A stretch of 64,000 nt of DNA from Planctomycetota bacterium. GTDB lineage: Bacteria; Planctomycetota; UBA8742; UBA2392. The translations under genes and the position numbers were made by a program. The notes beneath the pieces were generated by a model. It saw nothing but the letters and a program-made list of their open reading frames with translations, was not told the origin of the DNA and did no database searches. This document shows, one piece after another, positions 20,084 through 28,656 of the stretch (position 1 is the first letter of the stretch; each line of letters opens with the position of its first letter). The stretch covers positions 68,362-132,361 of the forward strand of contig JACKIE010000003.1 in the NCBI GenBank assembly GCA_020638635.1. Direction: 5' to 3'.

Positions 20084-20776
20084 CTATCGCTTTGCCAGGC
20101 CGTCGAGCCGCCGTGCGTAGTCCTGCGGCTCGACGAAACCCTCGATGCGATCCAGCTCAAGGCCGTCGGCATCGGCGATGATCGCCACGGGAATGCCGAG
20201 CACGCCAAACGCCGACACGGCTTCCGCGTCAAGCTCGAGGTCAAGCACCTTGCGCAGGTACGAGCGCTCCAGCAACTGCTGTACTTCGGTGTCAGGATAC
20301 GTCACGCGTTCCATCTTCACGCAGGGCAGTCAGCCGGGGCCGTGCACGTCAATCAGCACCAGCTTGTCCTCGACGCCGGCCTGCGCGAACAGCTGCCTCA
20401 GCTCCGGCGGAAGGTCCGAGATGTTCCACGCAGGATGGGGTTGGCTGGCGGCCGCTCGCTCGACCAGTTCGCCGCGATAACCGGCGGACTCGATGGCGCC
20501 CAGCATCGCCGGCACGTCCGTCCTGGCGGGATCATAGGTGATATGGAAGGTGTCGCTTGCCAGGTCTGTCTCGAGCTCCTGGATTCCGTCCAGCCCTGCC
20601 AGGGCGTCCTCGACCGCGTTCGGTCAGCCGAGTCACGTGATGCCCTGTACCCGGGTCATGCCGTCCACGCGGATGTAGATATCAGCGGATGATGGGGGCG
20701 CAACCGGGTCGGCCGGAACGCTGGACGCGCAGGCGGCAAGCAGCAGGATGTACAGGATTGCGGAAAGGTTCCTCAA
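20084..20776 (-). CDS. Candidate selenoprotein: lipoprotein with an HMA-like domain (U-x-x-U) fused to a thioredoxin-fold domain (U-x-x-C), with three in-frame TGA codons
   Basis: A single frame runs from TTG 20776 (GGGGA upstream, TAA in frame before it) to the stop at 20084-20086. The only interruptions are TGA at 20633-20635, 20624-20626 and 20330-20332. The signal/lipobox is RNLSAILYILLLAAC. The HMA-like part reads VDGMTRVQGIT-U-LG-U-PNAVEDAL...AMLGAIESAGY. The Trx-like part reads KLVLIDVHGPG-U-LP-C-VKME...GIPVAIIADADG. Confidence 0.6.
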
Positions 20777-20850
20777 TGAGAATCCCCTGATGACGAGTTA
20801 CAGTCTATGATTACGGACAGCGTCGGCGAAACAGGGATTCGGGGGTATTC

Positions 20851-21816
20851 GTGAGCATCACGCTGGAAGACATCAAAGCGGCGGCCGGCAGGCTGAAAGG
20901 CCTGGCGCGCCTGACGCCGCTGCAGACCTCGCGCATGGTGGATGAGCGCTGCGGGTCCAAGGTCTTCTTCAAGTGCGAGAACTTCCAGCGCGCCGGTGCG
21001 TTCAAATTCCGCGGCGCCTACAATGCCCTGAGCCAGCTTGCGCCTGAGCAGCGCAAGGCCGGCGTGCTGACCTACAGCTCAGGCAACCATGCGCAGGCAA
21101 TCGCGCTGGCAGGCCAGTTGCTTGATATCCCGCGTGTGGTGGTGATGCCGCAGGACGCCCCCGCCGTGAAGCTGGCGGCCACGCGCGGCTACGGCGCCGA
21201 GGTGATGCTGTACGACAAGCACGCGACCACCCGTGAAGAGCTCGGCGCGCAGGTCGCCGCGGAGCGCGGGCTGACGATCATTCCGCCTTACGACCACAAG
21301 GATATCATCGCCGGCCAGGGCACCGTCGCGCTGGAGCTGCACGAGCAGGCGGGTGGCCTCGAGGTGCTGCTGGCGCCCTGCGGCGGCGGCGGGCTGCTTT
21401 CGGGCTGCGCGGTGGCAACCTGCGGCATGGTGCCGGGCTGCAAGGTGATCGGCGTGGAGCCCGCGGCCGCGGATGACGCCACGCGCTCGTTCAGGAGCGG
21501 CGAGCTGCAGACGGTGAAGAACCCGGAGACGGTGGCCGACGGCGCGCGCACGCCTTCGCTGGGACAGCTGACGTTCCCGCTGATTCGCGAAAACGTGGAC
21601 GACATGGTGACCGTGGACGACGCGGCGATCGTTGAGGCCATGCGATTCATCTGGGAGCGCATGAAACTGGTGGTCGAGCCGACGGGCGCGCTGGCCTACG
21701 CGGCGCTGCATTCGGGCTCGCTGAGCTTCCCGGGCAAGCGGGTGGGCGTGGTGCTGAGCGGCGGCAACGTGGACCTGGATTCGCTGCCCGCATTGTTCGC
21801 AAACCGGGCGGGGTAA
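20851..21816 (+). CDS. PLP-dependent threonine/serine dehydratase (serine racemase-like, PALP family)
   Basis: FFKCENFQRAGAFKFRGAYNAL (PLP lysine), SSGNHAQAIA, GGGGLLSG. GTG start. Confidence 0.85.
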   Translation: MSITLEDIKAAAGRLKGLARLTPLQTSRMVDERCGSKVFFKCENFQRAGAFKFRGAYNALSQLAPEQRKAGVLTYSSGNHAQAIALAGQLLDIPRVVVMPQDAPAVKLAATRGYGAEVMLYDKHATTREELGAQVAAERGLTIIPPYDHKDIIAGQGTVALELHEQAGGLEVLLAPCGGGGLLSGCAVATCGMVPGCKVIGVEPAAADDATRSFRSGELQTVKNPETVADGARTPSLGQLTFPLIRENVDDMVTVDDAAIVEAMRFIWERMKLVVEPTGALAYAALHSGSLSFPGKRVGVVLSGGNVDLDSLPALFANRAG

Positions 21817-21968
21817 GGCAGGTTCAGGTTACCCCGCAGCGGCTGCCACACGCGACGAACTTCGCAAGTTCGTTCCGGTTGGCAACGGTGACGTTGCGAC
21901 GGCTGCAATCCCGACCTGGGTCACGTCCGCGCCGCGAGGTCTCTCGTCCAATTCAGTTCGAGAGGGCC

Positions 21969-24266
21969 CTAGTGCTGTCTCCACTCCTGCCTGCGGGCCT
22001 TGAACTCTTCGGGCAGCTGGCCGGTAACCTCAAGCCGATCAATCCACAACTTCATGATTTCCCAGCGCCGCTCGTTCCGGGCCCATTTCGCGAGCTCGTT
22101 AGCGGCCTGAGCCTTCATGACGTTGGCCTGCTTGCTCTTCGGATCCAGCGCCATGGCTGCTGAGGCCTTGTCGTAGGCGACTTCCATCTGCCGGAAGCCC
22201 CAGATCTGGTCCGCAAGCCCGGCGCGAATGGCTTTTTCGGCTTCGCTGATCAACTTGTCCCGCTGTTCGCGCAGGGCCAATTCCTGCGCGGCCGTGGCGC
22301 GCATTTCGCGAAGCTTACCGGCGGCATCGGCGACGTCGTTCAGGCCTGCGTTGGCGATTTCGTCCTCTTCATCAACCGCGAGCACCTTCTGGAACAGGTT
22401 CCTGGCCTCTTCGATTTTGGCTTCAGCTTCGTCGAAGTTGCCCTCATCGGCCTGCGATGTCCACTCGGCCAGCCTTTCCTTGGCGTCGTCGTTGAGAGTC
22501 AGCACCTTGTCCTGGTCCAGTTTGCGGATGTACCAGAGAGTGCCGAAGATGGCACCAGCCACGAGCAGCAGCATGAGGAGCAGACCGCCGACTTCCTTCT
22601 TGTAGCGCCCGACCCACTTGATGGCCAGGCGCATCGGCGAGTACTCAACCGAGCCCATGGCCCGGCCCTCGATGAAATTGCGGATGTTCTCGGCCAGTTC
22701 GGCCACGGTATCGACGCGCCGTTCCGGTTCTTTCTCAAGACACTTGAGAGCCAGGCGCTCCAGCTCGGCGGGGACCTCGATCTCCGGGTTGCGCTCGCGA
22801 GGCTTCAGGGGCGTCATCTCGCGTACCTGCTCGAGAACTTCGTCGGATGACTTGCCGGTCCAGGGCGAACGCAGGCACAACATTTCGTACAGAATCACGC
22901 CCAGGCTGAAAATGTCGCTATGGTGGTTGATGGCATCGATGTCGCCCTTGGCCTGTTCCGGGGACATGAAGCTTGGCGTACCAATGATGGCCCCCATCAT
23001 GGTGTGAGCCGAGCCCTGGTCGAGCCGGTCCGTCAGCACGATGCCGCTGTCCGACTCGCTGCGGAACTGGCGTCCGACCACCTTGGCCACGCCCCAGTCC
23101 ATCACCTGCACTTCGCCGAATCGTCCGACCATGATGTTGGCGGGTTTCAGGTCGCGGTGGATCACGCCGCGGTTGTGGGCGAAGCTCATGCCTTCGCAGA
23201 TCTTGATGAAGACATCCAGCAGCTTCATCAGGTCGTACTCGCGCAGGGCGTCGCGGTTGCCTTCCCGCAGCTTCAGAAGCACCTCGGCGAGGCTCAAGCC
23301 CTCCACGAACTTCATGGTGAAGTACAGGTTGCCCGCGCCATCCACGCCCATTTCGTGCACGGGCACGATGTTGGGGTGTTCCAACTGCCCGGTGATCTGC
23401 GCCTCCTCAAGGAAGCGTTCCACCACGTCGCGGCGACCCAGCAGTTCCTTGCGCAACACCTTCAGCGCCACGCTGCGACGCAGTTCCGTGTCTTCAACCT
23501 CCAGCACCTTGCCCATACCGCCGCGCGCGATCTCGCGGATCACCACGTAGCGCTTTTTGTCGGCCGTGGCGTCCGGCTGGTACTGCGCCAGGCTGGACTG
23601 CATTTTGTCGCTGAGCAGCTTCACGCCATCGTCGATGCCGATCTTCTGCCGCACCTGGGCGATGGTCATCTCGCTCGCGGCGATGATGGTGCCGGCCGGC
23701 ACGGCCTTGTCGGTGGCGCTCAGCGCGTCAGTGTCCTTGTGCAGGTTCCAGCCGCTGGCTGCACCGTTTGAACCGCGCGCAGTCGTACGCTTGTCGCCGG
23801 TGGTCGTGCGGCTGTCTTCCACCGGGCGCGTGTTGCGGTCGGTGGGCTTTGCAGACTGATCGATTCCGCTGGTCGGGCGTTTGTCCGTGGGCGCGGCGCT
23901 CTTGTCCACGGAGTCCGTCGGCCGACGGCTGGTCGGCCGGGCGGAAGCGTCAACCGGATTGGTTGGACGCCGGCTGGTGTGGCGCTCCGGCTGCTGAGAC
24001 TGGGGAGCACGCCCGGTTTCGTCCTCGTCCGGGAGCAGTGTGGGCTGCGACAGCACCTCCATCATCTGGTTGAAGAGGTTGTCGGCATGATCCTGCGTCA
24101 GGTGACCCTTGTGGATCAGCAACGCCTGCATTGTGAAGTTCTTCTGAGTGGCCTGCTTGCGTCGCAGTTCTGAGCGTAAAGTCTCGGCTTCGAGGGCGGT
24201 GATGTGACCGCGCTCGAGTACGAAGTTCAGAAAAGCCTGGTCGATTTCAGTCTGCGTGTTCGGCAT
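21969..24266 (-). CDS. Ser/Thr protein kinase with a TM segment and a C-terminal helical (TPR-like) domain
   Basis: VALKVL, HRDLKPANIMV, DWGVAK, SPEQ. TM segment GGLLLMLLLVAGAIFGTLWYI. I chose ATG 24266; the track start 24329 is a TTG. Confidence 0.85.
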   Translation of the reverse strand: MPNTQTEIDQAFLNFVLERGHITALEAETLRSELRRKQATQKNFTMQALLIHKGHLTQDHADNLFNQMMEVLSQPTLLPDEDETGRAPQSQQPERHTSRRPTNPVDASARPTSRRPTDSVDKSAAPTDKRPTSGIDQSAKPTDRNTRPVEDSRTTTGDKRTTARGSNGAASGWNLHKDTDALSATDKAVPAGTIIAASEMTIAQVRQKIGIDDGVKLLSDKMQSSLAQYQPDATADKKRYVVIREIARGGMGKVLEVEDTELRRSVALKVLRKELLGRRDVVERFLEEAQITGQLEHPNIVPVHEMGVDGAGNLYFTMKFVEGLSLAEVLLKLREGNRDALREYDLMKLLDVFIKICEGMSFAHNRGVIHRDLKPANIMVGRFGEVQVMDWGVAKVVGRQFRSESDSGIVLTDRLDQGSAHTMMGAIIGTPSFMSPEQAKGDIDAINHHSDIFSLGVILYEMLCLRSPWTGKSSDEVLEQVREMTPLKPRERNPEIEVPAELERLALKCLEKEPERRVDTVAELAENIRNFIEGRAMGSVEYSPMRLAIKWVGRYKKEVGGLLLMLLLVAGAIFGTLWYIRKLDQDKVLTLNDDAKERLAEWTSQADEGNFDEAEAKIEEARNLFQKVLAVDEEDEIANAGLNDVADAAGKLREMRATAAQELALREQRDKLISEAEKAIRAGLADQIWGFRQMEVAYDKASAAMALDPKSKQANVMKAQAANELAKWARNERRWEIMKLWIDRLEVTGQLPEEFKARRQEWRQH

Positions 24267-24373
24267 TCGCCCGCCTGGCCTCAATGTCGTAAACACTGAC
24301 TGGCAAGGATCATATCGTGAACCACTCAAAGGGGGGACGGCAATTTTCCAGTGATGGGCAGTTTTTGGTGTGT

Positions 24374-27286
24374 TTAGTCTCTCGCCGCAAGCAGTTCCCG
24401 TAGAATCGATGCAACTTCTTTGGCGGAAAGGGCAAACGTGCGGGTACGGTCCGCACGCGCGATGTTCAAGCCGACCAGGTTACCGTGGAGGTCGAACACC
24501 GGGCTGCCCTGCTGCGAAGGAAGAACAACGCCATCGTGCTGGATGACTTTCCCCATGTGTGTGTAGCGGGAATTGATCGGCCCCTTCACGTTAGGACGAC
24601 CTTGCCCCGGGGGCGGCGGCGGCGCGTCTTCCTCTGCCAATTCGACGTCGAGGCGCGTTTCCTTGCCGTCGCGCAGCAGCACGAGCGCCAACGTGTCACC
24701 GATTTTACGGGACTTCACGATGTCGTCGATGTCCTTCTGCTGCGAGATCGGCTGGTCGTCCAGTTTCAGCAGTACCTCGCCGCTGCTGATCCCCGCCAGC
24801 TCCGCGGGCGAGCCCGGCTTCACATGGCCGACCGAAACGCCTTTCTTGTCGTCCGTAGGACGCGACTGGTAAATGCCCAACTCAGGCTTGCCCGTTCCTT
24901 TCGAAGGGGCTTTCTGGCCCAGCGCCTCGGCGCGAGGCACAAGCTGCACCTCCAGCTCAAGGAACTGGTCTCCGCGCTTGACTGACAGCGTCACCTTGTC
25001 CGTGGATTTGCGCCCGCGAATCATGGCTATCAGGTCGTTCCAGTTCGCCACGGGCTGACCGGCCATCTTCAGCACGATGTCGCCGACTTTCATGCCGGCT
25101 TTGTCCGCGGGCATGCCGACCGTCACGGCCGTGACTTCCGCGCCGCCATCCTGCGCGTCTTTGGCGTTGATGCCCAGGAACGGACTATTGGGGTCCGGCT
25201 CTCCGGCGATTTTGTCGCTGTCATAAGGCGGCAGCGCCACGAAGCCGTGGGCCATGGCGTTTCCGCGTGAATCCACGGTGGCGAGCATGGTGCCGATCCT
25301 GGGGAATTCTTCGGTGGTGGTACCCGCCGCGAAGTCGATCCACCTTTTGAATGTGCGCTCGCACTTGAGCAGCGCCAGGTCGTGGCGGTCGTTGCGCGCC
25401 CTGACTTTTGCCTCGAAGGGCGTGGTGCCGTCCAGCAACTCGATCTTCTGGCTCTCGTCGATCTCGCTGGCCTTGGTGAGCAGCAGTCCGTCAGCCGCCA
25501 CTACCGTCGCGAACGCGACCTGCTTGCCTCGCTGCTTGACCGGGAACACAGTGCCGGCCGCCTTGTCGGAAAGCAGCTTGGACCACAGCACGAGCAGATT
25601 GTCGCCCTGCTTCCAGTCGGGGCGCGGCAGCGTTCCATCTCCCGCGTCGCCCCCGACGTCACCAGTCGAGTAGCTGAACTTGATGCGCTGTCGCGAGTAG
25701 CCGCGCTTGACCTCGAGCTCGGTTTCGCTATTGCCGTCGATCAGCATCATGGCATTGGCGAAATCCAGCGCGCCGTCGATTTCGGTTTCGCCGACGCGGA
25801 TGATCACGTCGTCCTCGCGCAGGCCCGCGTTGAACGCCAGCCCGCCCTCGTACAACTCAATGATGCGCGCGCCGCCCTGCCCGAACACGCGCGCGCCGAA
25901 TGCCGGAACGCCGATGTTCAGTACCGTGCGCTTTCCTCCACGACTGACCTTGATCTCCTGCTCGGCGCTGAGGCCCCGCTCAATGACCCATTCGACCCAG
26001 TCGGTGGCCTTCTCCACTTTCTCCATGCCCACTCGCTCGATGATGTCGTTGACTTCAAACCCGGCCTTGGCCGCCGGCGAGTTCGGCAGCACGTCGTCCA
26101 CGCGCACGCCCTTGAACGAGCGCACTGTCATTCCCACCACCGGGCGCTTGCTGGCGCGCCGCCCATTCGCCAGCCATTCCTTGAAATCGGCGCGTTCGCG
26201 CACGGGGTCAAGGTCGGTGTCCGAGGCCGCGTGGTCCATGTCGCGCCAGCCGGCGGCCGTGGCGCGAGTCAGAGCGGCCACAGCCTTTTTCGCCGCCGCG
26301 TCCGCTTCGTCGCCCTTGAGCTCGGCCGATCGCAGTGAGTAGGCGCAAGCCGCGTTGTACAGCACGTCGGCCGTGCGTTTTTCGGGCTTCAACAGTTCAT
26401 CGAAGAGGTCCGTGCAGCGTTTGAGATTGCGCTCCTGCAGCGCTTTCATGGCCTGCTGGTAACTCTGGATTTCCTTGCCGACCAGGCCTCCCTCGGCAGG
26501 CTCTTTCATGCCCTTGCCCCAGCTGGGCGCCGCCGCGTTGCCGTAGCCCTTGCCGCCCTTGAGCTCGGCCAGCAGCTCTTTCATCAGCTTGACCGGCGTG
26601 ACGTTGTTGATGCTGACGTTGTTGGTCTGGATCGACTGGTTGATGGCGATGATCTTGCCGTCCAGGTCGAACACCGGGCCGCCCGAGTCGCCGCTGATCA
26701 CGGGCGCGTCGGTCACGATCATGCTGCGGTCGTTCTCGGGCAGCAGGCAGCGCCCGGCGCGCACCACGGCGTCGCGCCCGGCCTCGGGGCCCAAGGGGTG
26801 GCCCATCGGGATCAGCCACTGGCCGGCGATTACCTTCTCGCTCTCGCCCAGCTCGCAGAACGGCACTTTCTTGCCCTTGGTGTCCGCCTTGATCAGCGCG
26901 TAGTCCATGGCCTCATGCCAGCCCTGCGTCACGGCCTCGAACGTTTCACCCCCGTAAGTCACGATGCGGCACTTTGTGCCGGGCTTGGGGCCCGTCACGT
27001 GCCCGGCGGTGGCCACCCAGCCATCGTCGCTGATGAAGCAGCCTGAGCCAGAGGAGCTGCTCATGCGCACGCCCACCACGGCCGGCCGCACGCGCTCGGC
27101 GGTGACCTGGATGCGGCGTTCGAGCTGTAGGTAGTCGTCGAACTTGGCAGTCGGCTGCGCGGGCGCCGATTGGGCGGAGGGCGTGTGCAGCGAAAGCATC
27201 CCCAGCAGCGCGAGCAGCGCCAGGGGGAACAGCGGACGGGTCCACTTGGTGGTCACGGATGTCTCCGGTCTGCGTGTGCGGAACAT
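24374..27286 (-). CDS. Secreted trypsin-like (HtrA/DegP-family) serine protease with multiple PDZ domains
   Basis: Signal peptide. Catalytic His (TAGHV) and GDSGGPVF. Several PDZ-like stretches (e.g. AGFEVNDIIERVG, AGMKVGDIVLKMAG, AGISSGEVLLKLDD). A degenerate second protease-like module lies at the C-terminus. Confidence 0.85.
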   Translation of the reverse strand: MFRTRRPETSVTTKWTRPLFPLALLALLGMLSLHTPSAQSAPAQPTAKFDDYLQLERRIQVTAERVRPAVVGVRMSSSSGSGCFISDDGWVATAGHVTGPKPGTKCRIVTYGGETFEAVTQGWHEAMDYALIKADTKGKKVPFCELGESEKVIAGQWLIPMGHPLGPEAGRDAVVRAGRCLLPENDRSMIVTDAPVISGDSGGPVFDLDGKIIAINQSIQTNNVSINNVTPVKLMKELLAELKGGKGYGNAAAPSWGKGMKEPAEGGLVGKEIQSYQQAMKALQERNLKRCTDLFDELLKPEKRTADVLYNAACAYSLRSAELKGDEADAAAKKAVAALTRATAAGWRDMDHAASDTDLDPVRERADFKEWLANGRRASKRPVVGMTVRSFKGVRVDDVLPNSPAAKAGFEVNDIIERVGMEKVEKATDWVEWVIERGLSAEQEIKVSRGGKRTVLNIGVPAFGARVFGQGGARIIELYEGGLAFNAGLREDDVIIRVGETEIDGALDFANAMMLIDGNSETELEVKRGYSRQRIKFSYSTGDVGGDAGDGTLPRPDWKQGDNLLVLWSKLLSDKAAGTVFPVKQRGKQVAFATVVAADGLLLTKASEIDESQKIELLDGTTPFEAKVRARNDRHDLALLKCERTFKRWIDFAAGTTTEEFPRIGTMLATVDSRGNAMAHGFVALPPYDSDKIAGEPDPNSPFLGINAKDAQDGGAEVTAVTVGMPADKAGMKVGDIVLKMAGQPVANWNDLIAMIRGRKSTDKVTLSVKRGDQFLELEVQLVPRAEALGQKAPSKGTGKPELGIYQSRPTDDKKGVSVGHVKPGSPAELAGISSGEVLLKLDDQPISQQKDIDDIVKSRKIGDTLALVLLRDGKETRLDVELAEEDAPPPPPGQGRPNVKGPINSRYTHMGKVIQHDGVVLPSQQGSPVFDLHGNLVGLNIARADRTRTFALSAKEVASILRELLAARD

Positions 27287-27363
27287 ACTACAAGTAGAAG
27301 GCGCCGGCGCGATCTTACGCCCGCAGGAGACAGAGGCGAATCACGGTTACATAATCGTTTGAA

Positions 27364-27795
27364 GTGCCGACCGTCTACCTGATCCGCCATGCCGAGCCGG
27401 TGTCGCCCTGGGACTGGGACGGCGACGACGCCTCGCGCCCCCTTTCGGCCCGCGGCCTCAAGCAGGCGCAGTGGATGGGCGAGCACCTGCGCGGCCTGCG
27501 GGTCGCCGACTTCCGCACCGCCCCCCACTTCCGCTGCCGCCAGACGGCCGATGAGATCGGGAAGGTGCTGGACCTGCAGCCGGAGGTGGATGACAGGTTG
27601 CACATCGCCCGTACATTCCGAGTGAAGGACCTGCAGGGCCTGAGCGTATGGGTCGCCCACAGCAACAATATTCCCGACGCGGTCATGCGGCTGGGCGTGC
27701 CCTGCAACGCCTGCGGCCATGCCTCGGCCTGGGTGATAAACCTGGACGAGCAGGGCAGGGTTGAGGGTTACGAGTACATCGAGCCGGAGGTTTGA
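27364..27795 (+). CDS. Histidine phosphatase family protein (SixA-like)
   Basis: VYLIRHAEP...SRPLSARGLKQAQWMGEHL. Small size (143 aa). GTG start. Confidence 0.7.
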   Translation: MPTVYLIRHAEPVSPWDWDGDDASRPLSARGLKQAQWMGEHLRGLRVADFRTAPHFRCRQTADEIGKVLDLQPEVDDRLHIARTFRVKDLQGLSVWVAHSNNIPDAVMRLGVPCNACGHASAWVINLDEQGRVEGYEYIEPEV

Positions 27796-27796
27796 G

Positions 27797-28567
27797 ATGG
27801 CGGCCGTCGAAACCAGTGTGGCAGGGCGGATCGCGCGGCTGAAGCTGTCCGCGCCGCCCCTGAACATCCTGACCACCGCCCTGCAGATCGAAATGCTGGA
27901 GGCCCTGCAGGGTCTGCACAAGCGGCGCGACTACAACGCCGTGTTCATCCACAGCGGCGTGAGCGGCGTCTTTTCAGCCGGGGCCGACGTAGCCGAGCAC
28001 CGGGGACGCGGCAACGTGGCGGCCATGCTGAAGGCCGCCCACGCCCTGATCGCCGAGTTGCTGCGCAGCCCGGTGCCGACGCTGTGCTTCGTGGAGGGCC
28101 CCTGCCTGGGCGGCGCGTTCGAAATGGCCCTGGCCTGTGACCAGATCGTGGCCGCCGAGAAGGCCACCTTCGGGACGCCGGAAATCCAGCTGGGCTGCTA
28201 CCCGCCCGCGGCCCTGGCGCTGATGCCCTGGAAGCTGCCCAGCCTGCTGGCAAGCGAGCTGATACAGGGTGGTCACGGGATATCGGCCGCGGAATTCGCC
28301 CAGCGCGGCGGCGCGCGGGTGGCCGACGCGGGCATCCAGGCCGCCATGGAGCAGGCCGCCCACAACTACGCCAATCTGCCGCGCGGGCCGCTGATCGAGA
28401 CAACCCGCCTGCTGCGGCCCGGCGCGGCGGAGCGCTTCCTGGCGCAGGTGGGCGGTATTGAGAGTGACTACCTTGAGCGCCTGCTGTCTCTGCATGACGC
28501 AGAAGAAGGCCCGGAGGCATTTTTGGCGAAACGAAAACCGGCCTGGAACCACACAGAATCAGGCTAA
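27797..28567 (+). CDS. Enoyl-CoA hydratase/isomerase (crotonase) family protein
   Basis: FSAGADV...GPCLGGAFEMALACD oxyanion-hole pattern. ATG 27797 lies directly after the preceding stop. Confidence 0.8.
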   Translation: MAAVETSVAGRIARLKLSAPPLNILTTALQIEMLEALQGLHKRRDYNAVFIHSGVSGVFSAGADVAEHRGRGNVAAMLKAAHALIAELLRSPVPTLCFVEGPCLGGAFEMALACDQIVAAEKATFGTPEIQLGCYPPAALALMPWKLPSLLASELIQGGHGISAAEFAQRGGARVADAGIQAAMEQAAHNYANLPRGPLIETTRLLRPGAAERFLAQVGGIESDYLERLLSLHDAEEGPEAFLAKRKPAWNHTESG

Positions 28568-28656
28568 AGGTGCAGTCGGCACCCGCCAAAACGTAAAACC
28601 CTTTGAGGGCAACCTTTGCTATCCTTTTTCCAGAGGATGAGGGCCGGAGGACGATC

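Noticed and set aside
19919-20692. 257-aa plus-strand ORF covering the selenoprotein locus
   Set aside because: I saw no recognisable motifs. The opposite strand gives a lipobox signal, an HMA-like domain and a thioredoxin-like domain in a single frame, which explains the region much better.
20084-20776. Pseudogene interpretation of the fragmented thioredoxin-like ORFs
   Set aside because: I considered this but found it less likely. The only disruptions are three TGA codons, each exactly at a Cys position of a CxxC-type motif. There are no frameshifts or other stop types. It remains the alternative if the genome lacks Sec machinery.
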